A stretch of 64,000 nt of DNA from Octopus bimaculoides (Eukaryota). The notes under the pieces were generated by a model, which had not been told where the DNA came from, made no database searches, and saw only the letters and a list, made by a program, of their open reading frames with translations. The translations under genes were made by a program, and so were the position numbers. The DNA is taken from positions 61,864,856 to 61,928,855 of the forward strand of contig NC_068987.1 of NCBI RefSeq assembly GCF_001194135.2, read 5' to 3'. Of this stretch, positions 24,741 through 38,374 are shown in pieces; the stretch's first letter is position 1, and the number at the start of each line of letters is the position of its first letter.

Positions 24741-27700
24741 AGGTAGGTAGTGTTGGCCCTGCCCCTACACAAACCCATTTTTACCTCTGGAAAGAAGTAG
24801 TCCATATTAATCTGGCCTCTATCCTTTGACCTGTCCAATATAGGAGACCCTATCAAAAGCTTGTGCTGAACCTTGAGATAGACATCAAATCATATAAAGG
24901 TTCAAATTTATGCTGCATTTCATTCAGGGAAATTAATTTATGCAATTAACCGAAAGTGATGCTATATGCATATTAACTGATCAATTTTATATAGATTTGA
25001 TGCTAAATGGTTTGTTGTTTAAAATTATGCAGTTAACCAAATCATGCAGTTATCTAGTTTGCAACTGAGCAGAAATGGCCATACTTCATAAAATCAAAGA
25101 TTTCAATGATAATTTACCAAAGTTTGGAGTCATCAGATTCATCATCACCATTGCCACTACTACTATTTCCAACTATTTAAAATTTTCCCTTTTAACTAAA
25201 GTAACTGATATAATTTTATTATTACAAACAATTTAATTCTAGTGTAAATGATTATTGACTTAAAATAGAATGGTAGTATTTATTTCTAGGTTCTGCAGAA
25301 TTGCCAATTATTGAAATAGCTTTTACTCACCTCTTGTTAACTCAAGTTTATATGAAAGAACATTAGTTTGAAAGAAGAAAAAAAAAGAAAAAGAATAAAG
25401 CTTACTTTTTCTATTTCATTTTAAGTCAAACTAATGTTAAATCATTAATATTTCAATGTAGACCTCGTACATTTAGTTCAATAGATTTTCTCAATTGATT
25501 TCCCTTAAACTTGATAAATAAACATTTGGTAAATGTAGAAAACAAATCAAAAGGATTCTAGCAGAGTATTGAATTTCTCATTCCTTACCCATAAGAACCG
25601 AAAAGATTACTAAGGAGCTATTTTATTGATTCTTTTTTAGTGGGCTGAGGATACTTAAGTAGTTTTATAGAACCTCTTGTCTTGTTAGTTATTGGACTTC
25701 TTAAGCTGGCAGAAAACACTGATATTTTTCCTATGGCTCAAGTTACTTCCTGTCAAAAGTAGTCAATAAGATCCCTGTTAAAGCCATAGATTTTGCAAAT
25801 AAGATTAAGACGTGTCAAGTTCAATACATTGAAGACCATATGGTGGCTTTCCCCCTTTTATGTGAAATCATGAAAACTTTCCATTTAACATGAAAACTAA
25901 TCTTCTTTCCACATTTGTATTGATAAATACTGATGCTTTCTTCATAAATTTGATGAAAACGAATGTCATATATCACTTAGTTTTTGAAGTGATATCAACA
26001 GTAATAATTACGTTTTCTTCATATATATGATTAAAACAAATGTTTTATATCACTGAACTTATTAAAATATATGATTTGTATGACTGTGCATATGTAATAA
26101 TATCAGGAATGAATATGCTTTCTTCATATATTCTGAATAAAACAAGTGTTGTACACAGATGTCTCAAAAGTGAGTGGCCACCATATTTTTATTTTATAGG
26201 GTTTATTAGTTTCAAACTTGGCAGAAGGCCAGCAGTTTTGGGGAAGAGCCAAATTGATCCCAGTGCTCAACTGGTTCTTATTTTGTTGACTCCGAAAGGA
26301 TGAAAGGCAAAGTCAACCTCGGTGGAATTTGAACCTAGAATATAAGGACAAATGAAATGCTGCTAAGCATCTCACCCGACATGCTAACAATTCAGCCAGT
26401 TCACCACCTAATTTAAAGATTTATATTGAGAAACAATAATGTCATTTGATGCATTTAAATACCTAATGTGGTATTTAGTAGACATATCTTGTGCAGTTTT
26501 CAATGGTATCATTTGGGCATTCTACTAATGAGTAGTGTCCAAAAAGGTAAAAACATTATAATGCAGGGTGTCTATTTACTTTTGAGGTGTCCGTATATCA
26601 CTGAGCTTATGAAATATGTATTAAAACATAGTTTACATCACTGAGCTTGTGAAATATCAACAACAATTATGTTTTCTTCATATATCTGCTTAGAACATGT
26701 TTTATATCACTGTGCATATATTAAATAATATCAGCAATAATTATTTGGATCAATAAAGGATCAGTATTATTTTTTTCAGTTTATAATTCCAAATTGATAA
26801 AAAAAGAAACTATTAAAACAAATGTTTTTATAAACCAAGGCTGAAATTAAAACTTATCTTAGAATTCAGTAAAGACTGATGTTCAAATGAATAGTTCTAG
26901 TTTTATTGGATTTTAGATTTCAGTTGTAATATTTATTTAATCTTTTCTTTCTGTTTTCAAACTTACCAATTTGAAATTTCCAAAGTAACTGATAAAAAAA
27001 GACTAAAATTTCTCACCCCGTGAAATTTAAATTTTCAAGAATGTTAAGACAATATTTAGACAAGAGAAGCTATTGCATAGTTTTTGCTGAAATAGTCTTA
27101 TTAGTAAAATAACATATCTATAACGATATAACTGAATAATAACAGTATTCTATCCAATGTACAAGGAATAATAAATGTTTTTCATTATGGAGTTGGGAGT
27201 AATTAACTTTTCAGAATAAGAATAGCAAGATAAAAGCTATAATTAAAGTATTGCAGTTTAATTATTATCATTGCAATTAGTATGCTCATAAAACATAATG
27301 TTTGTATATGGAAAATATTAATAGATTTATGAATAAGAAATATTGTAAAAAAGAAAAAAAATCTCAGCTTTCGAGTTCATTAATGCAATACTGAAGATAA
27401 TTGCACACAGAGGATAGTGAATCAATTCAGACTGAGGCAAAGCAAGCCTAAAATGAGCATAATTCAATGGAATAAAACTGAACATTACTTATGATATGGA
27501 GCCAATTATCTGTGGTGATGCTTATATTTTGGCAAATGGAATCAGAAACTCAGTTTTATTTGTCTGTTAGTATCTGCTTATTGCACTGATTCCCACTGGA
27601 ACAGCATTAATGTTACATTTTATAGTTTATAATAAAGCAACACAAAGCAATTGTATTTTCCCAAAAGTAAGTTTTCAAATTTGGTGCATGAAGTTAAAAG

Positions 27701-30700
27701 TTGTTTAGTGGAAAAAAGAAGAAATATAGAAATAAAATAGATAAATGATAATAAATAGTGAAGGCTTTACTATTTTACCAACATGAAACAGTGACTAATT
27801 CAATAGCAAAAGTTATCTTCTCTTGTAACTCTAAGACTTAATTTCTAATGTAGGGTCAATATTGGTTATACATTTGCACATGTATGTGTAGGCCTGTGTA
27901 AGATTTTTTTAGGAAGATTAGTAGTTGCCAATGCATGCAAGTCTCCCCTCTCCACATCACCCATGTTTATTCATAAGAAAGGCCACCAACTTGGACCAAT
28001 ACAGTTTGGCACCAGAGTTATTGCAGGTGTTGCAGCCAGAATGCAAAGAACTGGAACAGATACTGACAAGCATCTCATCTGACCCTTTAACAGTTCTGTC
28101 AATTTGCCACTGTAGATTGATAGTTTTATTTGTTTTATTGAGCCTGAAAAGATGAAAGGCGTAGTTGATCTTGACAAGATTTGAACTCAAGATGCAGTGA
28201 ATTAGAACAAGTGCCACACATGTTCTTCCAATACCATAAAACTCTGCCTGTTTGCTGCCTTCAATTTCTAATAAAGACAATGTTTGTTAATTACTTCATA
28301 ACCAGAAATTGTGCCAAGAACTGTAGAGAGAAGTAAACTCCTAGCAAATTAAGTCTGATTGAAATTTGATTCCCAGTGGTAACTATGTCACTCCATCTCA
28401 TTTATGTTAGTAATATCACTGAGAAAGGCATGACAGTCCCTTATTCTTCACAAATTTAAGACCTTTACCTGAATGTACATCTACCCATCCTCTCCATCCA
28501 ATATTCTTGGGAGGGTTATGAGAGTAGAGTTCTCAAGCTCTTCCTCCATAGGGTTCTATGAGAAGCAACCATCAATAGACTTTCTGGTTGAATTTTCAAG
28601 CATGACTAACTGAGACTGGTTATTATCCAACGTCTTGTTCTTAGTCTACTCCTAGGTCTCCTTCCAGTTGTGATTCTATCCCAAAGTTTCCATCATAAAA
28701 ATAAAATCCAATTGTCTCGTTAATAAATTAAGAATTGTTCAATGATTTAACATATAAAGCAAGAAATAAAAGTGCAAGTGAAAGGTTTAAGGAAAAATTC
28801 CACTATAAATGATCAGAAACTATTTAATGAATTACTGATCCATCTATAAATGTGTATACCTGCAGAAACTTGACTCCAGAATGTTGTATGTTATTAAAAG
28901 ATGACCAAATAAGTATATATATATTTTTTGTTTTTGTTTTACTTGTAGATTTCTGACAGAGAAGATATTGGAACAGTTAAATGGATGAATGATGTCCAGA
29001 ATATTTTGACCCAAAGGGCTGGCATTCTACAAAATCCAAACAATGTCCAGATGATTTATAATTCCATTTGTAATGGAAGTATGTTAACAAGAGTATTAAC
29101 TTTTCAAGATCCTTCAGCTGCAATTCAAGTTCAGAAAGAGTTATGTCAGAACCTTACTCAAAAGCAGGCATTAATGTTAGCTAAAGATTTTCAAGATAAT
29201 TTCAGCTGGATAGCTTTTATCGAAGAAGTAAGTAAATTAAAATTAAACCAGAAAAATTTCATTTTTTTTTATTCATGAGGGAGATGAAAGTCTGTCTTGA
29301 TGCATGAGATTATGAGGAAGATTCAGGTGATCTTAAAATAGAATTTATAAAATGTCTAAAAACCTATGCAGTAGTAATATTATGATTAGTGTGTGCAGAC
29401 TCTTGATTTCCTCTCCCTATTTTCACAGGACACGATACTGATGCAAGAGAATTCCTCTAACCCATTACTTGTCCTGAGTATCCCATGGGATATACAAGAC
29501 ATATTTCTCTGGTGTTCATGCATCATATATGATACACATTCCCCAAATTTTTTTTTAATAACCGGAGTAACTTGGGACTTTTGGAAGGAAAGCTTTATAT
29601 TACTCAGAATGTGCGAAACAAAGGCTAAGTAAAAATTGGAAAATTGCATAAACATTTAAGACAAACTTACAAAAATATTTTACACTGGGCAAATGATTAA
29701 GTCACTTTCTGATATTTGTCCAAAATTGCATGTGTGGAAGCTGAAGACACTACCAGTTACTACTGTTAGTATTTATTCTGTTTTTAGCACCACTTTGAAC
29801 AACAGTTTTGGGGACATTGTGTTCGTTAGTGTTTAACTTTTAGCATTCAGGTTACTTTGTCAAATACAATGCTTATTTATTCTCATTGTTTTGAATTTAT
29901 CATGCATTTTCTAGTAGCTTTGAAATTTTAATGATATGGTTTTGATTTTTAAAATTACACTATAGGGTGGGTGTGAGACGCTGGATCTGACCAGTTTGAA
30001 TATAAAACAAGTAGAATATATGAACCAGATATAGACAGTTTAAAAAATAATTAAGGATTTTAGGACATTAACATTCCCTTTTCTGTACCTTGTACATTGA
30101 ACTCTAAACTGTAATATAATGCATTGCTGGAACCAAAAGTTGGAACTGAAAAACTCAGAAGTGGATACCAGCAATGCTGGTGTGTGATTTATCTCCATTT
30201 TGTTCACACATAAGGAATATTTAAACCAATGACTAGAAATCTGGAGGGTATTTTATGATGACTAAACACTGTGATGTGCCTGACCAGAAAAAGTTTCACA
30301 CAAATGGTATTTAAATATCATATAAAAATGGCATATTATTTACACACTTGCATATATATTGACATGAGTATGACATAAAACTGCATTTTGTGGTAAGGCT
30401 CCAGTATGGGAGTTCTGGAGTTGTGCTGAGTGTTGAGTCACCACTTCATTACTAATCCTCCTAGGTTTGTTGTGACTTGGGATGGTTGTACCTGTTAAAC
30501 ACTTTTCTATAGGCTAAATAGATTTCCCTAGGGTAGAAGGAGCTCCTCTTATTTTTGACAAAGCTTTCTGAGAGAAAGATACTCTGACAAAACTTGCAGT
30601 CAAAATAGTTACCAGTCGTCTTGCAATGCTTGTCACTGGATCGTATTATGGTGACTGAGACACGGGCAAAAGTGTTGTACTAGTTTTCATCACTTAAATC

Positions 30701-30892
30701 CAATGACATAAAATTGTCTAACTATCATTTCATTTCTTGATCTGTTTTGTATTTTATGAAATTCTATGGTGTGAAAAGTTATATCCATGCACGTGAAAGT
30801 AAATCTGATCAAACAGGCTGAATGTGAGATGGATATCATCTGACAAGACGAGACAGTCATCATCATCGTGTGTGTGTGTTTATATATATAAA

Positions 30893-30968
<76 letters not shown>

Positions 30969-33900
30969 ATGTTACGTTACTTCAGTCATGTAACCACATG
31001 TGCTTTTCTTGGACTATTTTTTTCCTTCTCCGGGCCTTTCATCTCTCCTCTTTCTGACAAAAAGCCATTCTTGAAACATTATACACCTCCTCTTTTTCCC
31101 ATCTTATACTGAGTGTCAAGCTAATACATTCCATGTGTACATCCTTTTCACTTTTGTTGTTTTGTTATTTGTTATTTTGAATTTTCGATTTGTATATATG
31201 TATGTATATGTGTGTGTGTGTATGTGTGTGTAAGTGTGTATCTTTCTCTTCTGTGTTCTACCATCTTTAAAAATTACTATGTTGACAACAGCTTCTGTTT
31301 ATTTGCTTATGAACGTGATTATGTTGAATATGGTGCACAATTTTGTATTTCAGTTTGAGAAATATGCGAAGCAAAATACTCATCAGACCTTAGACTTGAA
31401 AGGTTTGGTGCGGAATTTGGTCCTAGTAGAAGATTTTGTAAGTTGAATTTATCACTATTCAGCATTTAAAAAAATTTTCTTTTTCTGAATTTATAAAGAA
31501 TTTATTTACATTTATATTAATTATCATTTTTTTTATAATATATATTTTACATTCTTAATTATTAAAATAAACTTCAGTATAACATCTTAATACAGTATCT
31601 GAGAAACCAGATTTTATTATTCATTCCATTCTCCCATGTACACAGCAAATAAATATTTAGAAAATTAGAAGAAAAAAGTACAAATTAAATTTCTGTTTTT
31701 ATTATCTTTAAACATCTGAATGTTGCTGTTGGCTAAGTTAATTTGACAATGAACAACCACCTGGAAGGCTTATATTTTGTAGATGTGCCAACCCCATAAC
31801 CAGAATATGTAACATATACCTGGTCTAGTTCTCTTCCTTGTAAATAGGTACAGTGATGGCTTAATGCTTGAAACTTTAAGCAGCAGAAGCATTGTAAATC
31901 TGATTATTGTTCTTTTTAATTTCCAGTAGTGAGTTCATAGTCTCTATTGGATGCTATTTGGAGAGCTGTGAGTTTTACTCTGCTGAATAGACAGTTTTCT
32001 TTTCTATAATCCAAAATGCTTGGGGAAACAGAAATGCATGCACATGCACGCACACACACGTGCGTGCACGCATGCGCTCGCCATCTTTATATGTTTATGA
32101 GTAAATAAAAGTATGATAATGGTATGAGTGGGTTTAAACTTACTGTTGTGTCCTTGTTATCTATTACTATTTTACATATTCTTAATTTTAAATTCTTTGA
32201 GATAAACCATTTCATTTCAGATGAAATAAAGTTTAATTGCATCATACCATTCTATTTTTCTTTCTCAGTGGAAGAGTATTCAGAAGATGGAATATTTGGG
32301 AAAAGTTTTTACCAACTGGAATGACATAAGTGATCAGATAAGGAATTTTAATCCACAGTCTTTTACAAATGGTTCTGTTAATTCTACTGCTATTCTTAAC
32401 AGCATTAGTAACATATTCTGTGGTCGAAATACCACTTTAGAGTTTTCTGGCTACCAGCAGTCAAAAATTGCCCAAAGGTTGCAGGATTACAGGAGCCGGC
32501 CATCTGTGGAAAAGAATTTAGATGATCTGGATGATACAGTATGTAAGTAAAGTAACATTACTGTGCTATGACATTCTTATTAGAGAAACATTTTTACTTC
32601 TATGTTTTTTTTTCATTAATTTTTTTTATAGAAATATTATGTTGATTAAATAGGAAAGGATTCATAGAAACAATAGAATAATTGGACATAATTGCTTCAC
32701 ATTATGTAGTCTTGTCCTCCTACATATATTCAATTTTGTTGAGCATATTTCATCATCATCATTATTATTTAGCAAGGGCATCCAGCTGTAGAAACTCTGC
32801 CAAATTAGATTGGAGCCTGGTGTTGCCATCCGGTTTCACCAGTCCTCAGTCAAATCGTCCAACCCATGCTAGCATGGAAGGCGGACGTTAAACGATGATG
32901 ATGATCCTTATTCCATTCTGATTTGGGTGGGGCCAATATTTAGATTTTTACATCAGTTCTGAAATCAAATCTTACCAAGGTTGTTTTTACTCTTGATCCA
33001 TTTTAATGCTATAAGATATGTACCAGTTGCAAAGTGGAATCTTTTCAGTCCATTGCCAATAAAGGTTTTCCTTTTCAGTTTGTTGAAAAAATCATTATTG
33101 ACTCAGAATCTTTTGCATTATTAAGGGTTTTAAGTATCTTACCTATAAAAATATGAAACATAATTATACTGGAGGAAAAGCAATATGTGCACACACACAC
33201 ACACACACACTTTTATGTATACATATTGATTTATTAAATCTAATCTGTTTTAAAACATGTAATAATTACTTGTGAAAATATTCTTGTATCGTTAAAAGAC
33301 TTTTTTCAAAATTGAACTAAACAAAAGAATTGATACACATTTTAATTTGCTGTTATAATTTACAGTTTTGTATTGTGCAAACTATAAGAAACATTTCTGT
33401 TATTGCAAAAGAGAAGTAAGTCATGAAGATAGTGAAAATAATATGATTATAGAATAGATGTTTTTATTGTATTTTGTTTGGTATTCAGACTAAATACTAT
33501 AAAGCATTTGGTCTACCATTTTATTTTTCACCATTTTGACCTCTTACATTTTCATAATTACAATTAATCATTCTGAAATTAAATCTGTGTAGAGAAGAAC
33601 TTTCTCTCCTTATGCCCAAGACTTGAGTCAAGTCTGTTGTGAATTAGTCATGGCCTGGCCAATAATGGCCAAAACCAATCTAAATTATCTAAGTTATACT
33701 CTCTCTCCTTTAAAACTTTGATTAATAATAATTTTATTTGACTGTACTTAGCAAAAGAAATAATTATTACAAACAAGAAGCTTTTATTGGATATAAGTAC
33801 AAATCTATAGAAGTTTCAAAATTTTCTCTAAAATTTGTCTTAATTAGTTGAAAATTTATTTGATTTGAAAATGTTCATCTCAATGTATAATTATATTTCA

Positions 33901-36103
33901 GCTGATTTCTATAAAGATGTTATGAAATCTCTTGAGAATAATCCCTTAACTCGCTTTTTATGGAAAAATGTGATAAAATCTGTCATGTTAGGGGTAATAC
34001 CCTATGCTCCTGATGCTCCCATTGTCAAGAAGATTATAAAGAAGGCAAGTATTATCTCTTGGGTTTCTAAATATGAAAGAGCTAATGAATTTTTCTTTTA
34101 ATTTTTTAAATAAATAGTTGTTTGTGAATTTATCACATTTATGATTTCCTGGAAATCAATCAAACAGTTCCAAAAGAATGACTTATAGTTTAAGGTCTAA
34201 ATGTCAATAAAGCAACAATTAACGTATTAACTAATAACAAAAACCACATCATAATGGAAGAGTCGTGCATGTAATGGTACCCAAAATATACTGTGAGACC
34301 TCTAGAAGATTAACAATGAATCTGGATTTGCAATGTACTAGATGTGACTATTCCATGTTGTTGGCACCATTATTGTTTTTATGTCATGCAATCTTTATTT
34401 GATTCTTTACAAAGGTTTCACTTTTTTCTACATGTTTCTTCAGATTCTTGATTTGAAATATTAGAATGTTGTGTGACATGTGTATTTTCAGTAAAAACAG
34501 AGATTGAAAATAAATCCAATTATTATTAAGTTACCGTAATCCTTTCCTTCAGAAGATTCTTCTTAACTGTTTTTGTACTATATTTCTGCTAAAATACAAT
34601 GTCTTTTTTTTTTTTTTTTTTTTGTTAATTTTGAAAATAATGAAGAATTTAATAAAATAACTTTATCATTTCTAAAATGGTGTTTGAAACTTAAATTAAC
34701 ATGAAATATCAATGAAAATTTTAATTTTGATCACTTTAAATAGTAAGTTTGTATCTTAAAACCAGGGATAGTTTCAGATGGATTGGTATCAAAATAAAAC
34801 AAATCAATATAATTGAAACTTTATGACTCTCATAACATTGTGAAAATTTATAAACATTTTGATTAATGCAAACAGGAAAGACACGTTATTTTTATCTTTG
34901 AATAGAATGTTTCTTTTCTTAATTTGGTCAAAAAGAAAAAATCTCTGAATATATATGAATAATTATGTGAGAAGTGGACTTTTGACATAAAGTGTAACAT
35001 ATAAATATTTTCTAAGGAATATATTTATGTGTTGATTTAAGAAACTTAGATAAGAAAATTGAAAAATGTTTATATAGATAAGCTTGTACATCTGATCAGT
35101 TTGTATGGTTGATTTTCTTTTACATTCATTAATAGTAAACTGAGCAAAAAATGAAACAGTGTGTTTTTTAGAGTATAGAAAGTTCAAGAAAAATAATGTT
35201 ACGTTTTTGTCTATACACGGTTATACTAGATGTCTGAGATGTTTTCAATGGGATTGAACCTAGAATCACATGATTGTGAAACAAACTTCTTTACCAAATG
35301 GCCATGATTTCAGCCATGTTACATACAAGTCATATGTAATGTATATTGAATATGTAAAGTGGTGAGCTGACAGAACTGTTAGCACACCAGGCAAAATGCT
35401 TAGCAGCATTTCGTCTACCTATATGTTCTGTGTTCAAAATCCACTGAGGTTAACTTTGCCTTCTATTCTTTCATGGTCAATAAAATAAGTACCAGTTGGG
35501 CACTGGGGTTATGTAACTGACTCACCTATTCCCTCAAAATTGTTAGCCTTGTGCCAAATTTTGGAACCAATATATGGAGAATGTCTGTCATCTTTACTGG
35601 AGATGTGGTTCATGTTCCACAAACAGCTTTTGACTTTTCTATCCTCCGAGGTTTCTTAACCCATTATTTACATTCTGTTATTTAGAGCTTTATCTGCTTC
35701 GAGTTTCACTGTTCCAAAAAGAATTATTTCACATCTCTCAAAATTTATAATTTCTTATGATGTAAACAATAAAAACCCTCTTCGGTCATGAATGACCATG
35801 AGATTGCACCTAGAAAGTTCTCCACCAAGGCACAAGTCTGGGCAAGGTTGTTTATGGAAGGCCAGCAGTCACCCATGCATACCAGTCTCTCTTTTCCATG
35901 CTACTGATGTTATCCAAGGGAAAGACAAAGGCCAATATAGTTTGGCACCAGTGATGTTGCAACTCATTTCTACAGCTGAGTGAACTAGAACAACGTGAAA
36001 TAAAGTATCTTGCTCAAGAACACAACTTACAGCCTGGTCCAGAAATTGAATTCACTACCTCATGATTGTGAGCCCAACACTCTAACCACTGTGCCATACA
36101 CCT

Positions 36104-36145
<42 letters not shown>

Positions 36146-37712
36146 ATAATTTGTCACATGGAATCAGTTGTCTGGCTAATGAGGAGAATGAGAGATAAAA
36201 GTGGGATATTCACTCTTTACTGTCCATATGCCTTTGATAAAAGAAGTTTTGCAAAGTAAACAGAACAGAGCTACAAATTAAATCTGAGTATTTGATTTTC
36301 TGAGAACTAATTCACTGACATGATTTAGAAATATATTGAAAGGTGTGGCTGTGTGGTAAGAAGTTTACTTCTCAACCACATGTTTCCAGATTCAGTCCCA
36401 CTGTGTGGTGCCTTGGGCAAGTGTCTTCTGCTATAGCCTCAGGCCAACCAAGGTCTTGTGAGTGGATTTGGTAGACGGAAACTGAAAGAAGCCCATCATA
36501 TATCTGTGTGTGTATCTTTGTGTCTATGTTTCTCTCCCACTGGTGTTGGTGTGTCTAAGTCCCCATAACCAAGCAGTTCAGCAAAAGATACCAATAGAAT
36601 AGGTACCAGTCTTAAAAAGAGATTAAGTACTGGGGTTGATTAGCTCAATTAAATTCTTCAAGGCGGTGCCCATCATGGCTGCAGTCTAATGACTGAAACT
36701 TGTAAAAGATAAAAGATCAAGATATTAGGTGGTTGGCTACAGTACAAGATATACATTGGTATAATCAAAAATCATTTTCAAAATATACATTTTGTTACAA
36801 TTATATCAATATTTTTAGTGCATGAAATTGTAAAATATTTTAAAAGAATAAATGATCTTTAAACTTTCAGGCAAGTGAAGGCTTTGAAAATATAAGAAAC
36901 ATTTTCAGCGAACTGGTTGAAATTGCAAATAATCCTGATAATATTATTAAGAATTTGCGGAACCTCAGTAAGATACTGGTAAGTGGATTTTACAATAAGC
37001 ATATATGTTTATGGTTTATTTTATACTGTCAACATATAAGGCAATACTAGCTGAATAAAAATGTATTCTAAGTTAATAGTGGAAAGTGCCCATTTTAGAA
37101 ATCATCATCATCATCATCGTTTAATGTCCACTTTCCATGCTGGCATAGGTTGGACGGTTTGACTGAGGACTGGTGGACCAGATGGCTGCACCAGGCTCCA
37201 ATCTGATCTGACAGAGTTTCTACAGCTGGATGCCCTTCCTAACGCCAACCACTCCGAGAGTGTAGTGGGTGCTTTTATGTGCCAGTCAGGTGGTACTGGC
37301 AACAGCCACACTCAAATGGTGTTTTTTATGTGCCACCTGCACAGGAGCCAGTACAGCAGCACTGGCAACGACCTCGCTCGAATGTTGTTTTTCACATGCC
37401 ACCGGCACAAGTGCCAGTAAGGCGACACTGGTAACGGTCACGCTCGAGTGGTGCTTTTTACATGCCACCGGCACAGGAAAACAAAAGAAAATAAAGAAGG
37501 ATATGAGGATGTGTAGCCTCAGAGATGAGATGATATACTTTGGAGATGAATGAAAATGTATTGTATTGCAGATGGTCTGGCCTAACTCATGTCTGCATAA
37601 TCAAAAGGACTGTTGAAACAATACTGAAGATGACAGATGCTTAGAGAATCATACTGAGTGATTATATCTATCTATGTACCTATCTATCTATCTATCTATC
37701 TGCCTATATATA

Positions 37713-37763
<51 letters not shown>

Positions 37764-38308
37764 GTATAAGTATATATATCTTTATATATGTATATATATT
37801 GGACACAGAATGTGTGTCATTAGTCAGCTGGAAGAGATGTCTTCCTGGGGCTATAAACGTCAGTAACACAGTCCGGTATAGGACACCACACTTGGTTGGC
37901 AATTATACATCTTNNNNNNNNNNNNNNNNNNNNNNNNNNNNNNNNNNNNNNNNNNNNNNNNNNNNNNNNNNNNNNNNNNNNNNNNNNNNNNNNNNNNNNN
38001 NNNNNNNNNNNNNNNNNNNNNNNNNNNNNNNNNNNNNNNNNNNNNNNNNNNNNNNNNNNNNNNNNNNNNNNNNNNNNNNNNNNNNNNNNNNNNNNNNNNN
38101 NNNNNNNNNNNNNNNNNNNNNNNNNNNNNNNNNNNNNNNNNNNNNNNNNNNNNNNNNNNNNNNNNNNNNNNNNNNNNNNNNNNNNNNNNNNNNNNNNNNN
38201 NNNNNNNNNNNNNNNNNNNNNNNNNNNNNNNNNNNNNNNNNNNNNNNNNNNNNNNNNNNNNNNNNNNNNNNNNNNNNNNNNNNNNNNNNNNNNNNNNNNN
38301 NNNNNNNN

Positions 38309-38374
<66 letters not shown>

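Noticed and set aside
36341-36420. tRNA genes at SINE heads
   Set aside because: A/B-box-like heads run into SINE bodies and no complete cloverleaf is present
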